64,000 nucleotides of DNA from Candidatus Xenobia bacterium (GCA_045863235.1 BTUM01000002.1:32001-96000); one strand, 5' to 3'; numbered from the stretch's first letter, positions 33,386 through 42,826 are shown. The notes: generated from the letters alone by a model not told the origin. A program made the numbers and translations.

Positions 33386-33499
33386 GCGCGAAAGTCTTTT
33401 ACACCAAGTTCACAGCTGTTACATCCGTGTAACCTGGAAAAAACAACCGGCGCGGCCAGAACCGTTAGTCTGACAGCAAGACCCCGGGCGGAGGAAAAC

Positions 33500-34423
33500 T
33501 TGAGCATCGACCAGACCCAGAAGATCTCCGAGCTGGCAGCGACCTGCTGCGAGGGCCTGGCAGCGGCCAATTACGCGGTTCCCCAGGCAGCCCTCAACCG
33601 CATCCAGGGGGGGGCAAGCTCGGACAACACCGCACTGGCCGCCCTGCAGCCAGCGGACGGATTCTCGGGGGCAAGCTCCAGGGAAGCCAGTGGGAGCTTC
33701 GAGTTTGCGAACAATTTCGCGGCCAACTTTGCCAACCTGTTCGACGCTCCCGGATCAGGAAACACTTCACACCCCGGCGAGAGCGCTCCAGGAACCGGCA
33801 CGCAGGACCGGACCTCCAAACCGGGCGAGCCGGCCCCCGAAACCGGAAACGACACCACCTCCAAGCCCGGCGCACCGCGCCGTCGTCGCCGCTCGAGCGG
33901 CAGCCGGCGCTCGCGACGCAGTTCCACCCGAGCCCGAGGCACGAGCCGCTCCAGTCGTTCCGGTCGCTCTCGCCGCGGACAGCGTTCTCAGCGCGCCCAG
34001 GGCACCCGGAGCAGCCGCGGAGCAGGTTTGCCCAGTCCGCCCCTGACCGGCAATCGCACCGCCGACGCCGCCATCGGGTGGAACGGTCGTAACTTCAAAG
34101 CTGGCCAGACGAAGCGCTGCGCCGATTTCGTTTCTTCGGTGCTGCGCCAGACGGGCACGGCTCCGCGCGGATTTCAGCACCAGAACTCGGTGGCAGGCCT
34201 GGCCAATTATGGCCGCGCCATCCAGCGTGGCGAACTGCGCCCGGGCGACGTGGTGATGTTCGGCAACACTTACCGCCGCGGACAGTACACCCACACCGGC
34301 ATCTACGTCGGCAACGGCCAGTTCGTGCATCGTCCCACCGCCAACGCTCCGGTGCGCATCGACAGCCTGAATCAGGGATACTACAGCGGTAAGTACACCG
34401 GGGCCCGCCGCATGCAAGAGTAG
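33500..34423 (+). CDS. NlpC/P60 (C40) peptidoglycan endopeptidase with long disordered Arg/Ser-rich N-terminus
   Basis: CADFVSSV, LRPGDVVMF, HTGIYVGNGQFVH, GARR; GGAGG RBS before TTG. Confidence 0.88.
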   Translation: MSIDQTQKISELAATCCEGLAAANYAVPQAALNRIQGGASSDNTALAALQPADGFSGASSREASGSFEFANNFAANFANLFDAPGSGNTSHPGESAPGTGTQDRTSKPGEPAPETGNDTTSKPGAPRRRRRSSGSRRSRRSSTRARGTSRSSRSGRSRRGQRSQRAQGTRSSRGAGLPSPPLTGNRTADAAIGWNGRNFKAGQTKRCADFVSSVLRQTGTAPRGFQHQNSVAGLANYGRAIQRGELRPGDVVMFGNTYRRGQYTHTGIYVGNGQFVHRPTANAPVRIDSLNQGYYSGKYTGARRMQE

Positions 34424-34498
34424 GCCGGGTTGAATCTGCTTCCACGTCACTAGCTGTCGTTCACCCTCCTTAGACTCAGGTCAAGGAGGTACGAACCC

Positions 34499-34882
34499 GT
34501 GAGCAATGATCCGGCCGCCCAATTCTGGACTCCCCGTCTGGCCGCGCAAGGCACCGTGCCGGTCGCGCGCGCCTTTCTCGAGGCCTATCCCCGGCTGCAG
34601 TTGACCGCCTCCGAGGCGCTGCTGGTCCTCTTCCTGGTAGCCTTCAAAGGGCACCGAGAGCACGCTGACACCAGTCTGGCTCACCTGAGTCGGTCCCTGG
34701 GCGTGGATGCCCGCACGGTGCGGAGCTGGGCCAGCCGGCTGGAAGGGCGGGGACTCTTGCAGCGGGTGATTCGGCGCCAGGGGCACGGGCGCGAGCAGAC
34801 CAACCTGTGGGATCTGAACCCCCTGTTCCAGGCCCTGGAGAATTTCGAGCCCCGGCACAGCCTTTCCGGCTGCGCTTCTTAG
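34499..34882 (+). CDS. Winged-helix protein resembling DnaD N-terminal / replication-initiator HTH domains
   Basis: FL..Y..L.LT..E, SL..LS..LG...RTV......LE..GLL.R, TN.WDL.PLF..L; AAGGAGG RBS. Confidence 0.65.
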   Translation: MSNDPAAQFWTPRLAAQGTVPVARAFLEAYPRLQLTASEALLVLFLVAFKGHREHADTSLAHLSRSLGVDARTVRSWASRLEGRGLLQRVIRRQGHGREQTNLWDLNPLFQALENFEPRHSLSGCAS

Positions 34883-37005
34883 GGTTCCTCCGGCTGCGGT
34901 GCCGGCTCTGGCTCCACCGGTGCAGGCTCCGGCTCCGGCTCAGCCGGTGCCGGCTCGCTTACCGGCTCCGCCACCGGCTCGCCGACGGGAAGCTCGTCCA
35001 GAGGGGTAGGCTCGAGCAACGGCTCGGGCTCGTTGACCACCGGCACGGGCTCGGGGTCGGGAAGAACGCTGGGAGTACTGCGCGGAACCGGTCGGGCCGG
35101 GGCTGGACGACTCCAGGTCGGCTGCACGACGCGGCCCGGGCGGGCCACCGGGCCAGGCTCGGGAATGCGAGGCGGCGCCTTCACATCCGGCACTTTCGCT
35201 CCCGGTGGACGTCCGACAATGCGATGCCAGGCCAGTTGCACGTCCCGGGCCACCGGCACGGCCACCTCGCCTCCGTAGCCGCCCGATTTCTCCAGAAAGA
35301 CCACCACCACCAGGTCGGGTGTCTGGTAAGGCGCAAAGCTCACGAACCAGGTGTGGTTGCGGCCCTCCGGGTTGTCGGCGCTGGGCAGGTTCTCCACCGT
35401 GCCGGTCTTGCCGGCGATCTCGAGCTCCCACACGTTGGCGCGCACCGAGGTGCCATACTGGACGGCGCCACGCATCCCGGCCCGAATGCGCTTCCAGGCT
35501 ACCAACGGGGCGTTCACGTAGCGCACGACCTGGGGCTCGAGGCTGCGCACGGTCTTGTCGCCGTCCTTGACCTGCTGTACCAGGTAGGGCCTGACCACCC
35601 CGCCATCGGTGGCTGCCGCCGCTGTGACCACCGCCATCTGCAGGGGCGTCACGGTCAAAAAGCCCTGTCCGATGGACATGTTGGCATCATCGCCGGCAAA
35701 CCACTTCTCCCTGACATGTTTGAGCTTCCACTCCTCGTCGGGCAGGTTGCCGCCCACTTCGCCGGGCAAGTCCACCCCGGTCGGCGCTCCCAGGCCGAAC
35801 TCGCGAGCGGACTGGCCGATGCGCTTGCCGGTCAGCTTCAGGCCGAGCCCGTAGTAGGCCACGTCGCACGAATGGGCCAGCGTGTCCTCGAAGCTGAGCC
35901 AGCCGTGTCCAGAGCGCACGAAGCAGTTGAAAGGAACCTCACCGATCTGCATCATTCCCTGGCAATAGAAGCGAGAATCGGGCTTGATCAGGTTCTCAGC
36001 GAAGGCGGCCGCCGAGGTGATCAGCTTGAAGGTTGAGGCGGGAGGATAAGTGCCCGACAAGGCCCGGTTCAGCAGAGGGGCGGCCGGATCGCGCAGGAGC
36101 AAGGTGAAGCGCCGGCTCGAGATGCCTCCTGCAAACCAGCCCGGATCGTAGCCGGGCAGGCTGGCCATGGCCCGGATCTTGCCGGTGCGCGCCTCCATAG
36201 CCACGACCACCCCGCCGGTGCGCTCGCCGTTGCGCCAGCGCAGCTCGTTCAGAGCCTGTTGCAGGCTATCCTCGGCCACCTTCTGAAGCTCGGCGTCCAG
36301 GGTCAGCACCAGGTCGCGACCCGGGCGGGGAGTGATCTCCTCGAGCTCTTGCACGGGGCGTCCAGAAACGTCCACCAGCACCACCCGCCGGCCGGACAGT
36401 CCCCGCAGGTCATCCTCCCAGGATGCCTCCAGGCCGTCCTTTCCCACCCAGTCGCCCGGCTCGTACTTGCGGTGGGACTGGCTCAAGGTCAGCTCGTCCA
36501 CCTCCCCCACCTGGCCCAGCACGTGACAGGCCAGGCTGCCCAGCGGGTACTCGCGTACCGGAAAGACCTCCAGCCGGCTGCCGGGAATGCGACCCTGGGC
36601 TTCGGCCAGACGAGCCAGCTGGCGGGGGTTGAGCCGGTCGGAGACGACCACGGGCTCGATGGGAGCAGCCTGTACTTTGCGTACCAGCTCGCGCACCTGG
36701 GCCGGCTTGAGCTCAGCCAGTCTAGCCAGCTCGCGCACGGTGCCGGTGGGGTCGTTGAGGCTGGCGGCCATAATGGTGAAGACCAGGTGAGCCCGATTGC
36801 GCACCAGGACGCGCCCGCGACAATCATAGACGTTGCCTCGGGGGGCCTGAACGGGCAGCGAGCGCACGATGTTCTCCTGAGCCATGGCTCCCAGCACCTG
36901 GCCCCGCCAGGCCTGCAGATACAGGAGGCGCAAAGCCAGCAAGGCAAACACCAGCAGCAAACAGCGGTAGAGCCAGCCCAGTCGGCGCGTGTAGGCCAGG
37001 GTCAC
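34879..37005 (-). CDS. mrdA: Penicillin-binding protein 2 with Pro/Glu-rich C-terminal tail
   Basis: APRG..YD, GKDGLE, PASTFK (SxxK), SCD, KTGT; GTGA overlap with mreD, GGAGG RBS. Confidence 0.92.
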   Translation of the reverse strand: MTLAYTRRLGWLYRCLLLVFALLALRLLYLQAWRGQVLGAMAQENIVRSLPVQAPRGNVYDCRGRVLVRNRAHLVFTIMAASLNDPTGTVRELARLAELKPAQVRELVRKVQAAPIEPVVVSDRLNPRQLARLAEAQGRIPGSRLEVFPVREYPLGSLACHVLGQVGEVDELTLSQSHRKYEPGDWVGKDGLEASWEDDLRGLSGRRVVLVDVSGRPVQELEEITPRPGRDLVLTLDAELQKVAEDSLQQALNELRWRNGERTGGVVVAMEARTGKIRAMASLPGYDPGWFAGGISSRRFTLLLRDPAAPLLNRALSGTYPPASTFKLITSAAAFAENLIKPDSRFYCQGMMQIGEVPFNCFVRSGHGWLSFEDTLAHSCDVAYYGLGLKLTGKRIGQSAREFGLGAPTGVDLPGEVGGNLPDEEWKLKHVREKWFAGDDANMSIGQGFLTVTPLQMAVVTAAAATDGGVVRPYLVQQVKDGDKTVRSLEPQVVRYVNAPLVAWKRIRAGMRGAVQYGTSVRANVWELEIAGKTGTVENLPSADNPEGRNHTWFVSFAPYQTPDLVVVVFLEKSGGYGGEVAVPVARDVQLAWHRIVGRPPGAKVPDVKAPPRIPEPGPVARPGRVVQPTWSRPAPARPVPRSTPSVLPDPEPVPVVNEPEPLLEPTPLDELPVGEPVAEPVSEPAPAEPEPEPAPVEPEPAPQPEEP

Positions 37006-37484
37006 GCCGTCCTCCGGCGCCAGAGACGGCGCTCGCGCACCGGGCTCGGTCGCAGCAACAAGAACCAGAAGACCAGGTTCATGAACAATGCTCCCGGGAA
37101 CCAGAGCTGCACCCGCAGCGGGCTGGGCTCGGCCCAGACACCCAGCCCGGCCACGCCCAGGGCCACCGCCAGTGTGCCCGTGCTGATCAGGAGCGCGGGA
37201 ACCACAGGCCCGGCCCGTGGCAGGCTCTGGCCAACCAGTCCCAGCATCAGGCCCGTCCAACCATATACGGCCACGAAAATGCCTGCCAGCCCGGGGCCCA
37301 ACAGGGCCATCCCAAGTCCCCCGGCTACTCCCAGGCCAGCGCACAGGATGGGGGACGCCCTGCGCCAGGTGGCCTGCACCAGGGCCAGCAGCAGCGGATC
37401 GGGGCGAGGAAAGCCAGTCGGCCACAGGGTCAGCACCCAGTAGCCTGCCAGAGCGCCCAGAAGATATCGCCAGAAACGGCTCAA
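37002..37484 (-). CDS. mreD: Rod shape-determining protein MreD (divergent)
   Basis: Hydrophobic 160 aa with 'PD..L' motif, located between mreC and mrdA. Confidence 0.7.
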   Translation of the reverse strand: MSRFWRYLLGALAGYWVLTLWPTGFPRPDPLLLALVQATWRRASPILCAGLGVAGGLGMALLGPGLAGIFVAVYGWTGLMLGLVGQSLPRAGPVVPALLISTGTLAVALGVAGLGVWAEPSPLRVQLWFPGALFMNLVFWFLLLRPSPVRERRLWRRRTA

Positions 37485-38272
37485 GGCCGGCGACCTACCA
37501 GCAAAACCTCGTGCAGACGCCCGAAGTCCGCTTCAGGACGAACCTGCACCGATTGAAACAGGGCTTCGGTGCGGCCGTAATTGCGCACCACCCGGCCCAC
37601 GACCAGCCCGCGCGGAAAGACGTCTCCCAGGCCCGAGGTGAGCACCCGCTCCCCCTCCTTGACGGCTACCGAGTGGTCCAGGAAGCGCACCGTACAGTTG
37701 TAGCCCGACTCGCCGTAAAGAATGCCCACCGCTTTGGAATGCTCGAGCATGACCGGAACGGCGCTGTTGGGGTCGAGCAGGAAACGCACCCGGGCCGAAG
37801 AGTCGGCCACGGCCACCACCCGGCCCACCAGGCCCTGGGGAACCAGAACCACCATATCCGGGGCCACTCCCTGGCGGCTGCCGCGATCCACGACCACCTC
37901 CGAGAACCAGCTCGAGGGATCGCGGGCCGCCACACGGGCCACCACGCCCTCCGACAGGCGGTCCTGACGCAACTCGAGCAAGCTGGACAGGCGGGCGTTC
38001 TCCTCCTCGACCGCCCGCGAGCGGGCCTGCTCGGCTTCCAACTCGAGCACTCGTTGGCGCAGGGCTTCATTCTCGCGAGCCAGCCGGCTCTGGGAACGAA
38101 AGAAGGCACCCAATCCGGCACTGAGCTGGTGACCGGCCTCCAACACGGGAGCCTGATAGGGAGCCAGGCGCAGCCCGAGACCGCCGCCAGCCCAGCCAAG
38201 ACGAAGCTGCATGAAAGCCAGCAGGGCGGCCACCACGCCTACCGCCAGAGCAGTCAGGAGGGCCGGACGCAC
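37481..38272 (-). CDS. mreC: Rod shape-determining protein MreC
   Basis: TM + coiled coil (ENEALR, ENARL..LL), DRGS..GV, GLVGRV, TSGLG.VFP.GL.VG. Confidence 0.92.
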   Translation of the reverse strand: MRPALLTALAVGVVAALLAFMQLRLGWAGGGLGLRLAPYQAPVLEAGHQLSAGLGAFFRSQSRLARENEALRQRVLELEAEQARSRAVEEENARLSSLLELRQDRLSEGVVARVAARDPSSWFSEVVVDRGSRQGVAPDMVVLVPQGLVGRVVAVADSSARVRFLLDPNSAVPVMLEHSKAVGILYGESGYNCTVRFLDHSVAVKEGERVLTSGLGDVFPRGLVVGRVVRNYGRTEALFQSVQVRPEADFGRLHEVLLVGRRP

Positions 38273-38275
38273 GCC

Positions 38276-39301
38276 CTAGCCGCGCTCGTAGCCGCCCAGC
38301 ACCGTGCGCAGAAGGCGCGGGTCGGAGAAGAGCCGGGCTGCTCCGAGGGCGACGCAGCTCATCGGTTCCGCGACCCGCTGACAGCGCACTCCGGTCACCT
38401 GGGTGATCAGCTCGTCCAGCCCCGAAAGCAAGCTGCCGCCTCCGCACAGGGCCAGGCCGCCTTCCATCACCTGGCCGACCTGGTCGGGCGGGGTGGACTC
38501 CAACACCGACTTGACCAGTTGGGCGATCTCACCCGTGATCGGCTGCAGCACGCCGGCGATTTCATTGCAGTCGAGCGTGACCGACCGGGGCAGGCCGCTG
38601 TGCATGTCCCGACCTCGAATCGAGCTGTGGTTCGGCTCCGGCCGGGGTAGAGCGGCTCCGGCAGCCATCTTCAGGTTCTCGGCCGAGCGCTCGCCCACGA
38701 TCAGGTTGTGACGATGACGCAGGTAGCTGACCAGGGCCAGGTCCATCCGGTCGCCGGCCGCGCGAATGCAGTTGGAGGCGACCAGGGAGCCAGCCGAGAT
38801 GACGGCAGCCTGAGAGGAGCCACCGCCCACGTCCACCACCATGCAGGCCCGAGCCTCCTGCACCGCCAGCCCGGCCCCGATGGCGGCCAGCAGGGGCTGG
38901 GGCAAGAGGTCGACGGCGCGAGCTCCGGCGTCGCGCACGGCGTCGGAGACGGCCTGGCACTCCACGTCGGTCGCGTCGGCCGGAACCCCCACCAGCACTC
39001 GCGGCCGAATGACGCCGTGGGAGCGAACCTGCTGCAAGGCGTGGTTGAGAAGCACCTGGGCCATTTCGTAGTCAGCGATGGCGCCGTCGCGCACGGGGCG
39101 GACGATCTGGATGTGGGCCGGGACCCGGCCCTGCATGCGGCGGGCCTTCTGGCCCACGGCCACCACCCTGCGCTCGCGTCGATCGACGGCCAGATAGCTG
39201 GGCTCGTTCCAGCAGATGCCTCGATTGCGCTGCGAGACGGGCGTGTTGGCCGTGCCCAGGTCGATGCCCACGTCCGGGGCCAGCTTGCTCAGCAAGCCCA
39301 T
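38276..39301 (-). CDS. mreB: MreB/Mbl family actin-like protein (divergent)
   Basis: GIDLGTANT, NEPS, RP..DG.IAD, DVGGG, AE.LK, GGGSLL; upstream of mreC. Confidence 0.88.
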   Translation of the reverse strand: MGLLSKLAPDVGIDLGTANTPVSQRNRGICWNEPSYLAVDRRERRVVAVGQKARRMQGRVPAHIQIVRPVRDGAIADYEMAQVLLNHALQQVRSHGVIRPRVLVGVPADATDVECQAVSDAVRDAGARAVDLLPQPLLAAIGAGLAVQEARACMVVDVGGGSSQAAVISAGSLVASNCIRAAGDRMDLALVSYLRHRHNLIVGERSAENLKMAAGAALPRPEPNHSSIRGRDMHSGLPRSVTLDCNEIAGVLQPITGEIAQLVKSVLESTPPDQVGQVMEGGLALCGGGSLLSGLDELITQVTGVRCQRVAEPMSCVALGAARLFSDPRLLRTVLGGYERG

Positions 39302-39910
39302 CTAGCGACCCTCCAGGCAGTCGAGACCGTGCTCTTTGAGCAGCCGGTAGACTCGGCTGACGGGCAGACCCACCACGTTGAAGTAGTCGCCCTCGATGCG
39401 CTCGATCAGGAGGCTGCCCAGTCCCTGGGCGCCGTACGCGCCGGCTTTGTCCATCGGCTCGCCGCTGGCGACGTAAGCGCGGATCTGGCCGGCCGTGAGC
39501 GGGTGGAAGGTCACGCGAGTGATCTCGTGCAGGGTGGCCAGGACCTCGTCAGAGCGGACCAGGGCCACGCCGGTGTAGACGCGGTGCTCGCGTCCGGCCA
39601 GACGGCTGAGGATGGCCACCGCCTCCTCCTCGTCGCGCGGCTTGGAGAGCACCTCGCCCTCCAGCCAGACCAGCGTGTCGGCGCCCAGCACCAGGGCCTG
39701 ACCGGAGCTTCTTCGAGCCACCTCTTGAGCTTTGCAGCGGGCCAGCTTCTCCACGAAGGGACCGGCCTCGCGCTCGGACAGCCGTTCGACCTCCTCCTCC
39801 TCGAAGCCCGATGCCTGCACGGCAAAGGGCAGCCCGACCCGAGCCAGCAGCTCGCTGCGGCGGGGAGAGGCGGAGGCCAGGATCAGCTCAGGGCGAACTC
39901 CGGCAGACAT
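39302..39910 (-). CDS. maf: Maf/YhdE nucleoside triphosphate pyrophosphatase
   Basis: LILASASPRR, GADT.V, KP, EPMDKAGAYG, NVVGLP. Confidence 0.93.
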   Translation of the reverse strand: MSAGVRPELILASASPRRSELLARVGLPFAVQASGFEEEEVERLSEREAGPFVEKLARCKAQEVARRSSGQALVLGADTLVWLEGEVLSKPRDEEEAVAILSRLAGREHRVYTGVALVRSDEVLATLHEITRVTFHPLTAGQIRAYVASGEPMDKAGAYGAQGLGSLLIERIEGDYFNVVGLPVSRVYRLLKEHGLDCLEGR

Positions 39911-39918
39911 TGCGGCGC

Positions 39919-39927
39919 ATTATAGCA
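39919..39927 (-). promoter_or_regulatory. Extended -10 promoter of the maf-mre operon
   Basis: TGCTATAAT 8 nt before the maf ATG. Confidence 0.65.
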
Positions 39928-40037
39928 TGGGCCCACCGGGGGCACAAGCGAACGTCCACAACCTGCGCGGACGGTCCTCGAGGGCCTCTGCGTTCGCTGG
40001 AAGAGGTTCCTCTGAGGGCCGGGCGAAGCGACGAGGC

Positions 40038-41189
40038 ATGCCGAGCACCATCTCCGACCTTTCTTTCCCAGCCGAAGGCGTCTTCGAGGTGCACGTCCAC
40101 CTCGGAGGCGCGGTGCCGATTCATCGCCTCTACGAGTCGGCCGTCGACCGCGGGATTCGTCTGCCCGTGCAGACCTATGACGAGTTCGCCGACCTTTTGC
40201 ACCGACGCAGCGACAATTCGGGCTCGCTGGAGAAGTATCTCGAGATCTACGAGGTCGCCGAGCGCATCCAGAGCGGCCCGCAGGCACTCCGCGAGAGCGT
40301 TCTGATCGCCTTGAACGGAGCGGCCCGCACCGGGGGCTCCACCCGGGTGGCGGCCGAGGGGGAGGCCCTGGTGCCCCTGCCTCAGCGGCTTCCCCTGACG
40401 GGCATCGAGCTGCGTCTCAATCCGCTCAAGCGCAACGGAGGCGGCATCTGGGACCTCGACCGGGTGATGCTGGCAGCCTGCTCGGGAGTCGAGGAGCTCC
40501 AGACCGCCTACAAAGGCCGCGTTCAGGCCGGGTTGATCGTGTGCCTGGGCCGCGATCTGCCGGACGAGCAGAACGAGATTTTGGCCCGCAAAACCGCCCT
40601 CTGGGCCTCCAAGGGACTGCCCGTGGTGGGAGTCGATCTGGCCGGTCCCGAGTCGGCGAACCCCCTCAGCGACCCGGCCAGCCTGCGCAGAATGGCCGAG
40701 TTCTTCGAGACCGCCTCGGTGGGTCGCACCGTGCATTGCGGAGAGACCCGCAGCATCAACCTGGAGACCTTCCTGGCCACCGTTCGCGAGTTGAGGCCCC
40801 ACCGCATCGGGCACCCTCTGGCGGCGGCCCGCGCCCTCTGGGAGGACGGCGACGACAGGGGCCTGCGCATGTTGGCCGAGCGAGGGATCGTGGCCGAGTT
40901 GTGCGTGGTGTCCAACCTGCTTACCCGGGCAGTCGAGAACGTGGAGCAGTACGGACGTCTGCTCAAGACCCTGGACGACTACGGAATCGAGTACTGCTTC
41001 AGCACCGATGCGCCGGCGCTGCAGAAGAGCACCCTGGCCAGCGAGTTGGAGCTCTTGCTCTCGCGCGGGGCGGCCACTCTGGAGCAGTTGGAGCGATCGC
41101 TGGTCAGCGCCGCCCGCTGCACCTTCCTCCCCCGTCAGGGAGCTCCCCGCCGTCGCAGCAGCGATCAGAGCGTGGTGTCGATGAGCTGA
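40038..41189 (+). CDS. Adenosine/AMP deaminase family amidohydrolase
   Basis: EVHVHLGG, ELR, GVDLAGPE, TVHCGE, RIGH, E.C..SN, STDAP. Confidence 0.8.
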   Translation: MPSTISDLSFPAEGVFEVHVHLGGAVPIHRLYESAVDRGIRLPVQTYDEFADLLHRRSDNSGSLEKYLEIYEVAERIQSGPQALRESVLIALNGAARTGGSTRVAAEGEALVPLPQRLPLTGIELRLNPLKRNGGGIWDLDRVMLAACSGVEELQTAYKGRVQAGLIVCLGRDLPDEQNEILARKTALWASKGLPVVGVDLAGPESANPLSDPASLRRMAEFFETASVGRTVHCGETRSINLETFLATVRELRPHRIGHPLAAARALWEDGDDRGLRMLAERGIVAELCVVSNLLTRAVENVEQYGRLLKTLDDYGIEYCFSTDAPALQKSTLASELELLLSRGAATLEQLERSLVSAARCTFLPRQGAPRRRSSDQSVVSMS

Positions 41190-41268
41190 AGCAGGAATCC
41201 ACCCTGCCGTCGCGGAACCCCAGTTCGGGTTTCTCTGGAATTTTTTTCTTCACTCGGAGGGTGGATAT

Positions 41269-41613
41269 ATGCGCCGAATCGCTGTCCTGGTGCTCACGCT
41301 GGCCGTCCTTGCGGCCGGCAGCCTGCAAGCGCGGGCCGATGTGCTGAAGGACATTACCAACATTCTCTTCGGCAATGAAGTCTACGCAGAGGGGATCGTG
41401 AATTACGTTCAGCCCAGCTGGTTCTCGATTCTGCACGACGGAAACAAGTTCACCCGGGTGCTGATCCCCAACGGGCTGCGAGTTCCGTTCGACATTCAGG
41501 TGGGCAACCAGGTCGGCGTGACCATGCGCCCGGACAACTACGGCAACCTCTATCTCACCGACATCGAGAAGCTGCAAGACTCGGTTCCCCTTCCGCCCCC
41601 CACTCGTCGCTAA
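41269..41613 (+). CDS. Small secreted hypothetical protein (possible OB-fold)
   Basis: Signal peptide ending ARA; GGAGG RBS. Confidence 0.7.
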   Translation: MRRIAVLVLTLAVLAAGSLQARADVLKDITNILFGNEVYAEGIVNYVQPSWFSILHDGNKFTRVLIPNGLRVPFDIQVGNQVGVTMRPDNYGNLYLTDIEKLQDSVPLPPPTRR

Positions 41614-41731
41614 TGGGCTCACCCTTGGGCCTTAGCAACCGCTGACCGACGCGCCGGAACGTAGTTCCTACGCGTTGCCAAGTGCAAGACTACAGGCCTT
41701 GCACGAAAATTTCCGGTTTGGAGTTGGTCCT

Positions 41732-42826
41732 GTGTCAAGTCTGCTGCGCGCCCTCGTGGCCTTTCTCGTAATCTGTCTTCCTGCGCTGGCTGCGGCCGCC
41801 ACGACCCAGCTCACCGTCGTCGCCAAGAGCGATCGAGTGGATCTGGTGTTCACTTCGTCGGCCCCCATCACGTACAAAGAAAAGATGATCTCTGGCTCCA
41901 TGCTGGGGATCGAGGTCAGCCCGGCCCAGCTCAAACCGGGAACCCCCAAGAAAGTCGCCATCGACAAGGGACTGATTCAGAGTGTTGCCCTCGAGCAGCG
42001 GGGCGATATGGTGCTGGTCAAGTTGGCCGTCATCTCCAGGCCCCGGTTACTGAAGGCCCGCCCCGAGCAGGGCGGCCGCAAGTTGACTCTGAGCTACTCG
42101 ACGGCTGACATCGCCAGTAGCCGCCCCTCCGGATTCTCCAACCTGGCCCCCGGCAAGCCGGCTCGCCCGGCCACGACTTCTGGGGCTGCCGTGCCGGCCA
42201 TTCGGCCCAGCGCTCCGGCCACCAGCGGAAGCGGCACTGTGCCAGTGAGACCCCTGGCCGCCAGCACGCCCACGCCCACGCCAGCGGCCTCAGCTGCATC
42301 TGCGACAACCGCTATCCCGATGATCAATCTCACCTTCCAGGACGCGCCGCTAGACGACGTCTTCGCGCGCATCGCCCTGCAGGCCGGGCTGATGCCCCAA
42401 CTCGATCCCAGCCTGACCGGATCCTTTACAGGCTCGCTGGTCAACGTCCCGCTGGATCAGGCCCTGCAAACCGTGCGCCAGGGTCAGAGCATCGACTGCA
42501 GCGTCCAGGGAGGCTACCTGATCGTCAAGCCGGCCCTGGGCCGATCCACAGCCGCGGGCGACCCTCCCTCGGTGACTGCCGCTCCGGCCGCCACGGTGGA
42601 GCCGGTGGCCGCCATCCCCCAACCTGCCCTGCCAGCCGGACCCATCGCGCGGGACTATTATCCCATCCGCAACAAGGCGGCCCTGGAGGTGCTCCAGTCG
42701 GCCCGCTCGGTGCTGCCCAACATCCGCTACACGGTGGACGAGCGCCTCAACATCATCATCGCCGAAGGCTCGCCCGCCGACATCGAGCGGCTCACCACGC
42801 TGCTTTCCAATGTAAGCGCGAAGTAG
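41732..42826 (+). CDS. Secreted protein with AMIN-like and secretin N0/N1-like domains, no secretin barrel
   Basis: Signal peptide; INLTFQDAPLDDVF..IA.QAG; VDERLNIIIAEG...DIE. Confidence 0.65.
   Translation: MSSLLRALVAFLVICLPALAAAATTQLTVVAKSDRVDLVFTSSAPITYKEKMISGSMLGIEVSPAQLKPGTPKKVAIDKGLIQSVALEQRGDMVLVKLAVISRPRLLKARPEQGGRKLTLSYSTADIASSRPSGFSNLAPGKPARPATTSGAAVPAIRPSAPATSGSGTVPVRPLAASTPTPTPAASAASATTAIPMINLTFQDAPLDDVFARIALQAGLMPQLDPSLTGSFTGSLVNVPLDQALQTVRQGQSIDCSVQGGYLIVKPALGRSTAAGDPPSVTAAPAATVEPVAAIPQPALPAGPIARDYYPIRNKAALEVLQSARSVLPNIRYTVDERLNIIIAEGSPADIERLTTLLSNVSAK

Noticed and set aside
37006..37425. N-terminal extension of mrdA in the ORF track
   Set aside because: Overlaps mreD; GTG 37005 has a GGAGG RBS and stop/start coupling
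40038..41189. Deaminase as part of a RADAR-type defence system
   Set aside because: No adjacent RdrA-like ATPase; protein is ordinary ADA size; housekeeping context
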